From: Candidatus Wolframiiraptor sinensis
Lineage (GTDB): Archaea > Thermoproteota > Nitrososphaeria_A > Caldarchaeales > Wolframiiraptoraceae
Length of the DNA stretch: 43,168 nt
Assembly (NCBI GenBank): GCA_023261815.1
Contig: JALNKA010000008.1
Location: 1 to 43,168 of the forward strand
Direction: 5' to 3'
Part shown: positions 34,910 through 42,421 of the stretch, piece by piece
Position numbering within the stretch: position 1 is the stretch's first letter
How the letters are laid out: every line of letters begins with the position of its first letter
Made by a program: the position numbers and the translations under genes
Notes under the pieces: generated by a model
What the model saw: only the letters and a program-made list of their open reading frames with translations
Told to the model about the DNA's origin: nothing
The model's database searches: none

Positions 34910-35863
34910 ATGATGGCCCCCCTCAAGATCTTCTTCATGGCCGATATACATAACAGTGAGCTCGTATTCAGGAAATTCCTATCAATACCAAAGCATTATG
35001 ACGTGGATATCCTGATTCTTTCAGGCGACTTAACGGGGAAGGCGATAATCCCGATAATAGATCTTGGCGGAAACCGCTACCAGTACACGTTCAGGGGTAA
35101 GACCATGGTCGTCAGCGGCCCCGAGGAGCTTGAAAGGGCGAAGAGCGAGCTGATGAACTCCGGGATATATCCATACGTCTGCACGATGAGCGAGGTGGAA
35201 GAGCTGAAAAGTGATCCCGAGAAGGTCAATAGGCTATTCTCTAGGCTGATAATCGAGAACATGGAGAGGTGGATCTCCATGATCGAGGAGCACATCCCTG
35301 CGGATAAGCAGGTCATAGTCATGCCTGGAAATGATGATATATTCGAGATAGATCCGGTGCTGAAGAAAAGCGGCAGGGACATCTACCCCCTGGGCAGGTT
35401 GGTGGAGCTGCCCCTAGGCTACGCGATGATATCGCTCGAATACGTGAATCCGACACCGTGGAATACCCCGAGGGAGGCTGATGAGAAGGATCTATGGAAG
35501 ATGCTGGAGAAGGTGGCAAACCTCGTCGATAGAGATTGGAGCAGGATGATATGCTGCTTCCACGCGCCACCATATAACACGATGATAGATGTGGCCCCCA
35601 AGCTGGACAAGAACCTCAGACCAGTGTACAGCCTGGGGGAGATAGAGAAGGAGAATGTTGGAAGTAAGTCCGTGAGAAAATTCCTTGAGAAGTATAAGCC
35701 GCTGATGGGGATGCACGGCCACATACACGAGTCGCCCGGATATGATAGAATTGGAAGAACTATGGTGTTCAATCCGGGGTCAGAGTACTCCTCCGGAATC
35801 CTGAGGGGATTGATTCTCGAGCTGGATCGCGATGGGCTGAAAAGCTGGCATAGGATAGGATAA
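34910..35863 (+). CDS. Calcineurin-like metallophosphoesterase (Icc-related)
   Basis: DIH, SGDL, PGNDD, HAPP, HGHIHES, NPGS. Confidence 0.9.
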   Translation: MMAPLKIFFMADIHNSELVFRKFLSIPKHYDVDILILSGDLTGKAIIPIIDLGGNRYQYTFRGKTMVVSGPEELERAKSELMNSGIYPYVCTMSEVEELKSDPEKVNRLFSRLIIENMERWISMIEEHIPADKQVIVMPGNDDIFEIDPVLKKSGRDIYPLGRLVELPLGYAMISLEYVNPTPWNTPREADEKDLWKMLEKVANLVDRDWSRMICCFHAPPYNTMIDVAPKLDKNLRPVYSLGEIEKENVGSKSVRKFLEKYKPLMGMHGHIHESPGYDRIGRTMVFNPGSEYSSGILRGLILELDRDGLKSWHRIG

Positions 35864-35867
35864 TGGG

Positions 35868-37442
35868 ATGTCAGGCGGCTTGCATGCGCTCGGCAGGGTC
35901 GCTGTAGCATCGCACTCGCCTCTGGCATCGGCCATAGCGCTGAAGATAATCGAAAAGAGCGGCAACGCCGTGGATGCGGCCGTAGCCGCCTCGCTTCTAT
36001 TAAATGCTCTCGAGCCGGGCTGGAGCGGCCTGGGTGGCGGCGGATTCGCATTAGTATACTCGGAGGAGCTCGGGTTCAAGGCCCTAGATTATCGGGAGAC
36101 GGCGCCGCTCAACGTGAAACCCGATGAGTATAGGTGCGAGGAGGATCTATCAGTAGGATATAAGGCTGTAGCAACGCCTGGAACGCTGAGGGGTCTCTGG
36201 GCACTGCATCAAGAGCTCGGCGAGATGAGCTGGAGCAGGATCCTCGATTTCGTCATGGAATATTCAAAGCGCTGCCGCGCATCTCGGCTGTGGAGCACGT
36301 GCATGCGCGCCAACCTCGATGGGGCGTTACGCAAGCTCGCAATTTGTCCTGAGAGCTACGCGACATTCCTCAGAGATGGCGAGGTTTATCCCGAGGGGGC
36401 TGAGGTGTCCTTCGCGAGGCTTATTGAGACCTTGAGCATGATCAGGGAGGGCGTATGCCGTTTTTATGAAGGCGAGTTCGCGGATGATATCGACCGGATA
36501 TTCTCCGGCAATAATGCCTTCTTATCATCAAGGGATTTAGCGCGCTATAGCCCGATCTGGAGGGAGCCGATAATCAGCGAGCTGGATATACGTGGCAAGG
36601 AGCTCAAGATTGTCGCGATGCCACCGCCGAGCTCTGGAGCGCTACTCGCGAAAGCTCTTAAGATCCTATCTCTCACGCGCTTGAATGCGGAGAACTATTT
36701 TCTGAAGCTCGCGTACACGCTCTTCCACATAATTGACGTGAGATGCTCCTTGATAAGTGACCCGGCATTTAACAATATTGATGCGCGAATTCATCTCTCA
36801 GATTCTCACATTGAGGAGGCGCTGCGGCTCATCGAGGAGGGCAAGCTGACACCTCATCCGACTAGAGATAGCGGCGGAACATCTCACATAAGCGTGGCGG
36901 ATGTTAGGAGCAGGACGTGCGTCTCCCTCACAGAGACGATTGAGTGCTTCATGGGCTCAGGAGTGACCGTGAGAGGAGTTCTGCTAAATGATGAGATGCA
37001 TGATTTCACGCTTCAGAAGGGCCATCCGAACTCGATAGCTCCGGGCAAGAGGCCGGCTAGCAGCATGTCCCCGCTGATGATCCTCGACGCAGAAGAGGCC
37101 TTCCCGGAGATCATAATAGGGGCGTCGGGCGGCATGAGGATAATATCCTCGATTATACAGGTTCTCTCCAACTACCTGTTGAGGGGCATGGACCCCATCT
37201 CCGCGATACTCGAGGGAAGACTCCACGTTAGAGAGGAGAGAATCGCTCTAGAGGAGCTTCTCGAGGATAAGATCTCGAGTAGCTTATCGATGGCCGGCTT
37301 GAGGCTAGAGAGGGTTCGAGAGATCTCCATGTACCCCGGAACAGACCTCTACTTCGGCGCAGTTCAAGCAATATTCAAGAAGAACGATCTCTTCTTAGCG
37401 GTCTCAGACCCGAGAAAGCAGCCCGGAGCCGCCGCAAGATAA
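35868..37442 (+). CDS. ggt: Gamma-glutamyltransferase family protein (Ntn hydrolase)
   Basis: GNAVDAAVA, SGLGGGGF, DYRETAP, GGTSHISVAD (Thr nucleophile), LNDEMHDF, PGKRPASSMSP, DPRK. Confidence 0.9.
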   Translation: MSGGLHALGRVAVASHSPLASAIALKIIEKSGNAVDAAVAASLLLNALEPGWSGLGGGGFALVYSEELGFKALDYRETAPLNVKPDEYRCEEDLSVGYKAVATPGTLRGLWALHQELGEMSWSRILDFVMEYSKRCRASRLWSTCMRANLDGALRKLAICPESYATFLRDGEVYPEGAEVSFARLIETLSMIREGVCRFYEGEFADDIDRIFSGNNAFLSSRDLARYSPIWREPIISELDIRGKELKIVAMPPPSSGALLAKALKILSLTRLNAENYFLKLAYTLFHIIDVRCSLISDPAFNNIDARIHLSDSHIEEALRLIEEGKLTPHPTRDSGGTSHISVADVRSRTCVSLTETIECFMGSGVTVRGVLLNDEMHDFTLQKGHPNSIAPGKRPASSMSPLMILDAEEAFPEIIIGASGGMRIISSIIQVLSNYLLRGMDPISAILEGRLHVREERIALEELLEDKISSSLSMAGLRLERVREISMYPGTDLYFGAVQAIFKKNDLFLAVSDPRKQPGAAAR

Positions 37443-37484
37443 ATTCATTAAATTCTGGTTGCAATTATTTTGGTGCGCGGCAGC

Positions 37485-37583
37485 GCCCCGGTAGCTCAGG
37501 CTGGTTAGAGCGCCGGCTTGGTATCCCTCGAAGAAGGGGGGCCTTAGAGCCGGAGGCCGCGGGTTCAAAGCCCGCCCGGGGCT
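37485..37583 (+). tRNA. tRNA-Thr(GGT) with a 24-nt intron at 37/38 (37524-37547)
   Basis: Acceptor GCCCCGG/CCGGGGC, D-stem GCTC/GAGC, anticodon stem CCGGC/GCCGG with TT-GGT-A|intron|A, T-arm GCGGG-TTCAAAG-CCCGC; no encoded CCA. Confidence 0.9.
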
Positions 37584-37685
37584 TCACACGTGCTCACGTC
37601 ATTTTTGATTATGATCATGCTTATGCGCATCCTCATTTGAACTCTCTAAGATTATTTCATCTTGTTTTGGAGATTATGAATTTTT

Positions 37686-37755
37686 GAGCCCTTCTGCGGA
37701 CTGAGCTCCAATCATTCGCGTCTATTCAGCCTGTCCCGCATTCTTCATCGGGCTC
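37686..37755 (-). ncRNA. Candidate C/D box guide sRNA (minus strand)
   Basis: GAGCCC stem - box C ATGAAGA - 12-nt guide ATGCGGGACAGG - D' CTGA - C' ATGATTG - 12-nt guide GAGCTCAGTCCG - D CAGA - GGGCTC stem. TTATAA at 37780-37785 lies about 27 nt upstream. Confidence 0.7.
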
Positions 37756-37834
37756 TCATGCCGCTATTATTGCTCGATCTTATAACTCTTGTCCTCCGGA
37801 TAACTGCTAATTAGCTGGCGTTCTTCATTATTTT

Positions 37835-37901
37835 CGGCGGATGATGAGGCTTCGACCCGGGCGGACTCGTGGGGATGAAGATTGGTGCGGCTCTGACGTC
37901 G
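37835..37901 (+). ncRNA. Candidate C/D box guide sRNA (plus strand)
   Basis: CGGCG stem - box C ATGATGA (37841) - guide GGCTTCGACCCGGG - D' CGGA - C' GGGATGA - guide AGATTGGTGCGGCT - D CTGA (37893) - CGTCG stem. Confidence 0.78.
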
Positions 37902-37938
37902 CTTAAAGGTTATGTTTGCGCCCGCGCAACACATTCTC

Positions 37939-38283
37939 ATGACCGTGATCCTAGAGTTCAGCGTCATCCCGCTCGGCGAGGGCACAAGCGTCTCGAGGCT
38001 TGTGGCAAGGGCTGTTAAGGCATTAGAAGACGCTGGCGTCAAGCACGTGACAACTCCCATGGGAACAATCCTCGAGGCCGCGAGCTTGGAGGAGGCCTTA
38101 TGCTACGTGAGGCTGGCTCATGAAGCTGTATTCGAAGCCGGTGCGAGGAGAGTGATAACGGTGATAAAGATAGATGACAGGAGGGATGTTGAGAGGAGGA
38201 TGGAGGATAAGCTCAGGTCTCTCGAGATAGCCCTCAAGAATCTGGAGAGCGGGCGGCAGCCTAATCCAGCTCGATCCTCCTGA
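37939..38283 (+). CDS. MTH1187/YkoF thiamine-binding family protein
   Basis: EFSVIPLG.GTSVS, TPMGTILE, RVITVIKIDDRRD. Confidence 0.88.
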   Translation: MTVILEFSVIPLGEGTSVSRLVARAVKALEDAGVKHVTTPMGTILEAASLEEALCYVRLAHEAVFEAGARRVITVIKIDDRRDVERRMEDKLRSLEIALKNLESGRQPNPARSS

Positions 38284-38977
38284 TCACCACATCCCTCGCA
38301 TGCCTGATGACGTCTTCCGGCGGCCTTCTGCCGAGAGCCTTCGCGACCTCCTCCCTCAAGATCGCGGACGGCTTGGAGGCGAGCGCGTCAATGACCCCCT
38401 TCACCGACCCATACGTCTTCAGTAGCGCCTTCGCGAGGGTTGGGCCGACTCTGGGCAGTCCCTCTATAACGTATAATGCCTGCTCCTCGAGCTTCTTTGA
38501 AGCAGAGCTCGCCCTCAGCCTGAGCTCCCTCGGCTCCCTCCGCTCCTGCAGGCTCCTGTATTTCGCGGCTATGTAGTGGCCCGTCCCCCTCCAGTCGGGC
38601 GTGAATATCACGATGAGGTCCTCGTATGCTCTCTGGATTCCCTCAATGAGCCTGTAGATGCTCGACTCATTCCAGCCCGTAACCTTCCTAACGATCCCCA
38701 TCCAGCCCTCTATCACCAGTATCTTCTCGAATGAGTCCGCTTCCTGCAGCTGATCGAGCTGAGACCATATTCTGCCCTTCCCAGCTTCATCGGGCTTCAT
38801 GGAGTTGAGCAGATCCGTGATAGTTTTGCGCTCGATCACCGCGACTCCCTCAGAGCCGTCGAGAAGATAATCCCCCACCTCAAGGGCCTTGACGCCGACC
38901 TGCTCCCCAAACACGCCTACAAGCATCCTGTATATCTCGGCGGCCTTTGAAGCCTCCCTACTATCAACGAAAATCAT
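38261..38977 (-). CDS. xpf: Short XPF/ERCC4 structure-specific endonuclease with HhH domain
   Basis: IFVDSRE, LEVGDY, IERKTITDL..S...GRIWSQ, GLPRVGPTLAKALL. Confidence 0.88.
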   Translation of the reverse strand: MIFVDSREASKAAEIYRMLVGVFGEQVGVKALEVGDYLLDGSEGVAVIERKTITDLLNSMKPDEAGKGRIWSQLDQLQEADSFEKILVIEGWMGIVRKVTGWNESSIYRLIEGIQRAYEDLIVIFTPDWRGTGHYIAAKYRSLQERREPRELRLRASSASKKLEEQALYVIEGLPRVGPTLAKALLKTYGSVKGVIDALASKPSAILREEVAKALGRRPPEDVIRHARDVVIRRIELD

Positions 38978-39136
38978 ACTCCTAGGAAGATCGCCGGCCC
39001 GAGAGTTTTAAAGATTTGGGGAGAAGCGAGAAACAAAATTATAATTATAACGAGTAACGAGTATTATAATTATAGTCATATTCGTAAGCTGGTGTGGATA
39101 TTGGGTTATGGGTGATGGTTTTTGGGAGGGCGTATT

Positions 39137-39259
39137 ATGGGCCTCGGATACAGCCGCGCTAGGAGGAGTGAGAGGAGGATTAAGTGCGCGTTCTGTGGCC
39201 GCCTCATAGCGGGAGACTCGAGGTTCTGCCAGTATTGCGGGAGAAAGTTGAGGGGCTAG
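39137..39259 (+). CDS. Small Zn-ribbon protein (40 aa), not in the ORF track
   Basis: MGLGYSRARRSERRIKCAFCGRLIAGDSRFCQYCGRKLRG; CxxCG-x9-CxxCG; GGGAGG SD at 39124-39129; 4-nt convergent overlap with the next gene. Confidence 0.7.
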   Translation: MGLGYSRARRSERRIKCAFCGRLIAGDSRFCQYCGRKLRG

Positions 39260-40083
39260 ATATGTTCGAGAAGGCCTTTCCCCCTCTCACGCGCCGGAAA
39301 TGCGGGCTCGCATCTCACGCTCTCCCTCTCGCAGAGCTTCTCGACCGTGGCCGCAACCCTCATCCTCCACTCGCGCTCGGAGCTCATGGCGTTGGGATAT
39401 CTATCTTTAACCGCGCTCATCGCCGCCGTGAGCCCCCGCTTCATCCTGAAGAAATCGTAGTAGAGCTTTGATCCGGTCTCCGAGGCTAGGGCCACTATCT
39501 CCTCAATCACCTCCGGCGAGTCATTCACGCCCCTCATTATCGGGCCTAGGAAGATCCATGTGCTGAGCCCCTCCACCGAGAGCTTTCTCAGCGCCTCCGC
39601 CCTAGAGCCCGGCTCCGGAGCGCGCGGCTCTATCACTGCGGCCACTTCAGGGCTCAACGTGGTTATCGTGAGACCGACATCAACCTTATCCCTGTATCTG
39701 GAGAGGAGGTCTAGATCCCTGAGCACTAGCGGTGATTTCGTCTGGATGCTCGCCTCGAATCCCAAGTCCAGAAGTATCTCAAGGCCCCTCCTAGTCAAGC
39801 GCTCCTTCGCCTCGATGGGCTGATATGGGTCTGTTATCGTCGAGACTCCGACCACTCCCCTCCGCGCCCTCAGAACATCCTCCATCAAGACCTCGACAAC
39901 GTTCTCCTTCACATACACAATCTCGCCCCATGCCTCGGCCACCTCTCTGTAGCGCGTGTATGCCCTTCCATAGCAGTAACGGCACCCGTGATGGCACCCT
40001 GCATATGGGTTGTAGGCGTAGTCAAGATCGTAGAGACCGGTCTTGGATAGGGCGCTCGAGACCCGGATCCTCTTATACACCAC
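39256..40083 (-). CDS. Radical SAM protein, SplB/spore-photoproduct-lyase-like family
   Basis: NPYAGCHHGCRYCY (CxxxCxxC), STITDPYQPIE, QTKS, EPRAP. Confidence 0.9.
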   Translation of the reverse strand: MVYKRIRVSSALSKTGLYDLDYAYNPYAGCHHGCRYCYGRAYTRYREVAEAWGEIVYVKENVVEVLMEDVLRARRGVVGVSTITDPYQPIEAKERLTRRGLEILLDLGFEASIQTKSPLVLRDLDLLSRYRDKVDVGLTITTLSPEVAAVIEPRAPEPGSRAEALRKLSVEGLSTWIFLGPIMRGVNDSPEVIEEIVALASETGSKLYYDFFRMKRGLTAAMSAVKDRYPNAMSSEREWRMRVAATVEKLCERESVRCEPAFPARERGKGLLEHI

Positions 40084-40085
40084 GC

Positions 40086-41306
40086 TCAGAGCTGCTTCAC
40101 CTCTAGCCTAGCCTGCGTCAACAGATCCCTCAGCAGCCTCGACTCGCTGAGCCACGTCGAGAGCGGAAGCCTCGTGGATCTCGAAAGTCTCTCCAGCACC
40201 TCCTCGAGCCGATCATACTTCTCAGGCCTCGACTCGAACATCCTCCTCAAATTCTCCCTGACGAACCACACTCCTATCGGCAGGAAGAATCCCTCGTATA
40301 TCTCGCGGATCAGGATCGCTGTCCCCTGCCTCCCAGCTCTCAGCATGAACTCTGCTGTCGCGAGCCTCGCAGCGTAATAGCATCCGCCGAGCGACGCGTA
40401 TGTAGTCCTACCCCTATAGCCCTCCCAATCCCCCTCTATCTCGACCTCCGCTCCGGGGTTCCAGGTGGTATAGGGGAACCAGGCCTCGATCCACTCATAG
40501 CTCCAGGCATGCGGCGCGATTATAGCGATGAAGGTGTTCCTTGAGATCCTCCTCTCGAAGAAGAGATACGAGTCGATGACCGGAAGCCTCTTCACCTCCT
40601 CGATCAGCTTCTTGGAGATTATCGAGTCAACGGCCGTTATTGACCACCTAGTCGGCACGATTCTTCTCAAGCCCTCGAGACCAAGTCCGCCGACGGAAAA
40701 GATCCTCTGTATCCGGGATACCGGGATGCCGCTTGAGTAGAGCTGGATAACCGCCTCAGAAGCCTTCAAGCCGCCGTCGGAGAGAACTTTCTCGACGGGC
40801 TTCTCGATCATCGGCTCATCCACGATCTTGAGCTTCTCCACTATTCCCGCGGGCCCGAGCGGCGGCGAGTTTATGTCGAGCTTCACTTCAGGCCTCGGAG
40901 GCTTCGCGAACTTCAACTCGAGATCAACGGATCTCGCCGAGGACGCGATGAGCCTTAGATCCTCGATCAGCATGGGCTTTCCGACCTCTATCGTCATATA
41001 GCCTCTCACGAGGCTAAGCCTCATCTTGAGAATTTCATCTAGGCTCAAGTCAAGCCATTTCTCAGGCGCATCATACATCCATGCATCACCATCGCCCACC
41101 GAGACCGAAGGTGCAACCCTTACCTTGGGATAATCCGTCCAGCTCACGAAAACCGAGGGAGGCGAGGGAGCTTCCAGAATACTACTATTAGGGATCTTAA
41201 TCTCCTCAGCCACATGCCAGACGGAGTAGAGGGGGCACGGGCTCTCACCGCACAGCCCCCTGGCCCCCCTGCAGAGCAGACAGGGCTTCATGAAGCTACC
41301 CGGCAT
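40086..41306 (-). CDS. nreA: Nre family DNA repair protein
   Basis: CLLCRG..LCG..PCP N-terminus, SPPSVFV, VPTRWSITAVD, GGCYYAARL, P.GVWFVRE, C-terminal QARL PIP-like tail. Confidence 0.9.
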   Translation of the reverse strand: MPGSFMKPCLLCRGARGLCGESPCPLYSVWHVAEEIKIPNSSILEAPSPPSVFVSWTDYPKVRVAPSVSVGDGDAWMYDAPEKWLDLSLDEILKMRLSLVRGYMTIEVGKPMLIEDLRLIASSARSVDLELKFAKPPRPEVKLDINSPPLGPAGIVEKLKIVDEPMIEKPVEKVLSDGGLKASEAVIQLYSSGIPVSRIQRIFSVGGLGLEGLRRIVPTRWSITAVDSIISKKLIEEVKRLPVIDSYLFFERRISRNTFIAIIAPHAWSYEWIEAWFPYTTWNPGAEVEIEGDWEGYRGRTTYASLGGCYYAARLATAEFMLRAGRQGTAILIREIYEGFFLPIGVWFVRENLRRMFESRPEKYDRLEEVLERLSRSTRLPLSTWLSESRLLRDLLTQARLEVKQL

Positions 41307-41507
41307 CCACTAGCATAAGTTATCCAGTAAGCGCCTCTTAAAGCATATCCTCCGGGCGCCACCCATATTATCGGGCTTAATAATGGTGATGCGGGAGTGA
41401 AGGCGTCTAACCCGACAGCACGAAATGAGAAGGTCCCCAACATTCTGAGATAATTTTCAAGCTCATTTTGCGCGCATAAAATTTTCGAACTTCAAAGATG
41501 CCCGCCG

Positions 41508-41714
41508 CTATGAATCATGATGATCATTGAAAACATCCTCAATTCTCGCATTGAAGACTTTCGCGAGCTTGAACGCGAGCCTCAGCAAAGGGGAGATACT
41601 TCCGTTCTCGATCGCTATTATCGTCTGCCTCATGACACCGATCGCCCTCGCCAGCTCCTCCTGCATCATCCCATACCTGGCCCTCAACTTCCTAAGCCTA
41701 TTGCTCATGGCCAT
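41508..41714 (-). CDS. XRE/Cro-C1 HTH transcriptional regulator
   Basis: NRLRKLR...QEELARAIGV.RQTIIAIENG..P.L.LAFKLAKVF..IEDVF; GGTGA SD before ATG 41714. Confidence 0.85.
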   Translation of the reverse strand: MAMSNRLRKLRARYGMMQEELARAIGVMRQTIIAIENGSISPLLRLAFKLAKVFNARIEDVFNDHHDS

Positions 41715-41719
41715 GTTTT

Positions 41720-41950
41720 CACCTATTCTCGAGAGCACTTTTGATGCGCGATATAGTAGGCGCGATCACCGTCAACCTGAAAGCCAGACCTCTCGGCAAG
41801 AGCACAGGATCGCTCATCAACCAGGACCACCTCCCCTTTCTCGATGCCCCACGGCCTATGGCCTGCTTCATCACGAGAAGAATAATGAGGCGATGAAGGA
41901 AGAGCATCGTCTCGCCGCCGGCTAAGAGGAGGCCGAAGAAAGCCGGTGTC
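41720..41950 (-). pseudogene. Probable frameshifted remnant of a DUF2178-like small membrane protein
   Basis: One frame reads EVVLVDERSCALAERS, another reads LAFRLTVIA plus hydrophobic LIILLVM; located upstream of an XRE gene, the usual partner. Boundaries approximate. Confidence 0.4.
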
Positions 41951-42008
41951 TATGCGACGGCCAGAACCAAAAAATCGCCCCCTCTTCTTTTAAACTCGCA
42001 ATCAAAGG

Positions 42009-42016
42009 TATATAAA
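42009..42016 (+). promoter_or_regulatory. TATA box of tRNA-iMet
   Basis: TATATAAA preceded by purine-rich AAAGG (BRE-like), about 35 nt upstream of the tRNA. Confidence 0.6.
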
Positions 42017-42050
42017 AACCCGAGAACCAAGTAACTACCGGGGAGAAAAA

Positions 42051-42125
42051 AGCGGGGTAGGGCAGCCAGGTTAGCCCGCCGGGCTCATAACCCGGAGGTC
42101 GGAGGTTCAAATCCTCCCCCCGCTA
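42051..42125 (+). tRNA. Initiator tRNA-Met(CAT)
   Basis: A1-U72 acceptor AGCGGGG/CCCCGCT, anticodon stem CCGGG-CTCATAA-CCCGG (three G-C pairs), T-arm GGAGG-TTCAAAT-CCTCC. Confidence 0.95.
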
Positions 42126-42259
42126 CTACGAAAACATACATGGTCTGATTGCTTGAATGAAACCAATCACTCTGACGCATGTGCCGGAAAATCCGATCCT
42201 AGATAAGGAGTATGACTGGCGCAATAATTCGCCTTAGAGATTTTAATGAGAAAAATGGG

Positions 42260-42421
42260 TCATGTTTTGAATTGTGTGTAGTGGCAGTTTCCGCAGTAGT
42301 ATCTGTCTCCGTGGTCTGCCATTATGTATCCTCTTCCGCATCTTGGGCAGAAGACTATGCTCGCCGCCAGCTTTCCTCCCTCGATCCTGTATTTTTTCCA
42401 GAGGTTTGATTGTTTACCCAG
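42260..42421 (-). CDS. rps27ae: 30S ribosomal protein S27ae (eS31), 53 aa, apparent CTG start; not in the ORF track
   Basis: (M)GKQSNLWKKYRIEGGKLAASIVFCPRCGRGYIMADHGDRYYCGNCHYTQFKT; CPRCG...MADH.DR..CG.C.YT signature; follows rps24e. Confidence 0.9.
   Translation of the reverse strand: MGKQSNLWKKYRIEGGKLAASIVFCPRCGRGYIMADHGDRYYCGNCHYTQFKT

Noticed and set aside
37760-37772. GCCGCTATTATTG, resembling a segment of euryarchaeal 16S rRNA, as the guide of a third C/D sRNA
   Set aside because: No convincing box C or D'/C' arrangement; it lies between the TATA box and the 5' end of the minus-strand sRNA, and the rRNA match is from memory only.
41383-41448. Possible C/D sRNA or riboswitch (ATGGTGA...ATGAGA...CTGA)
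   Set aside because: Boxes are degenerate, guide spacing is irregular, there is no terminal stem and no match to fluoride or TPP riboswitch consensus.
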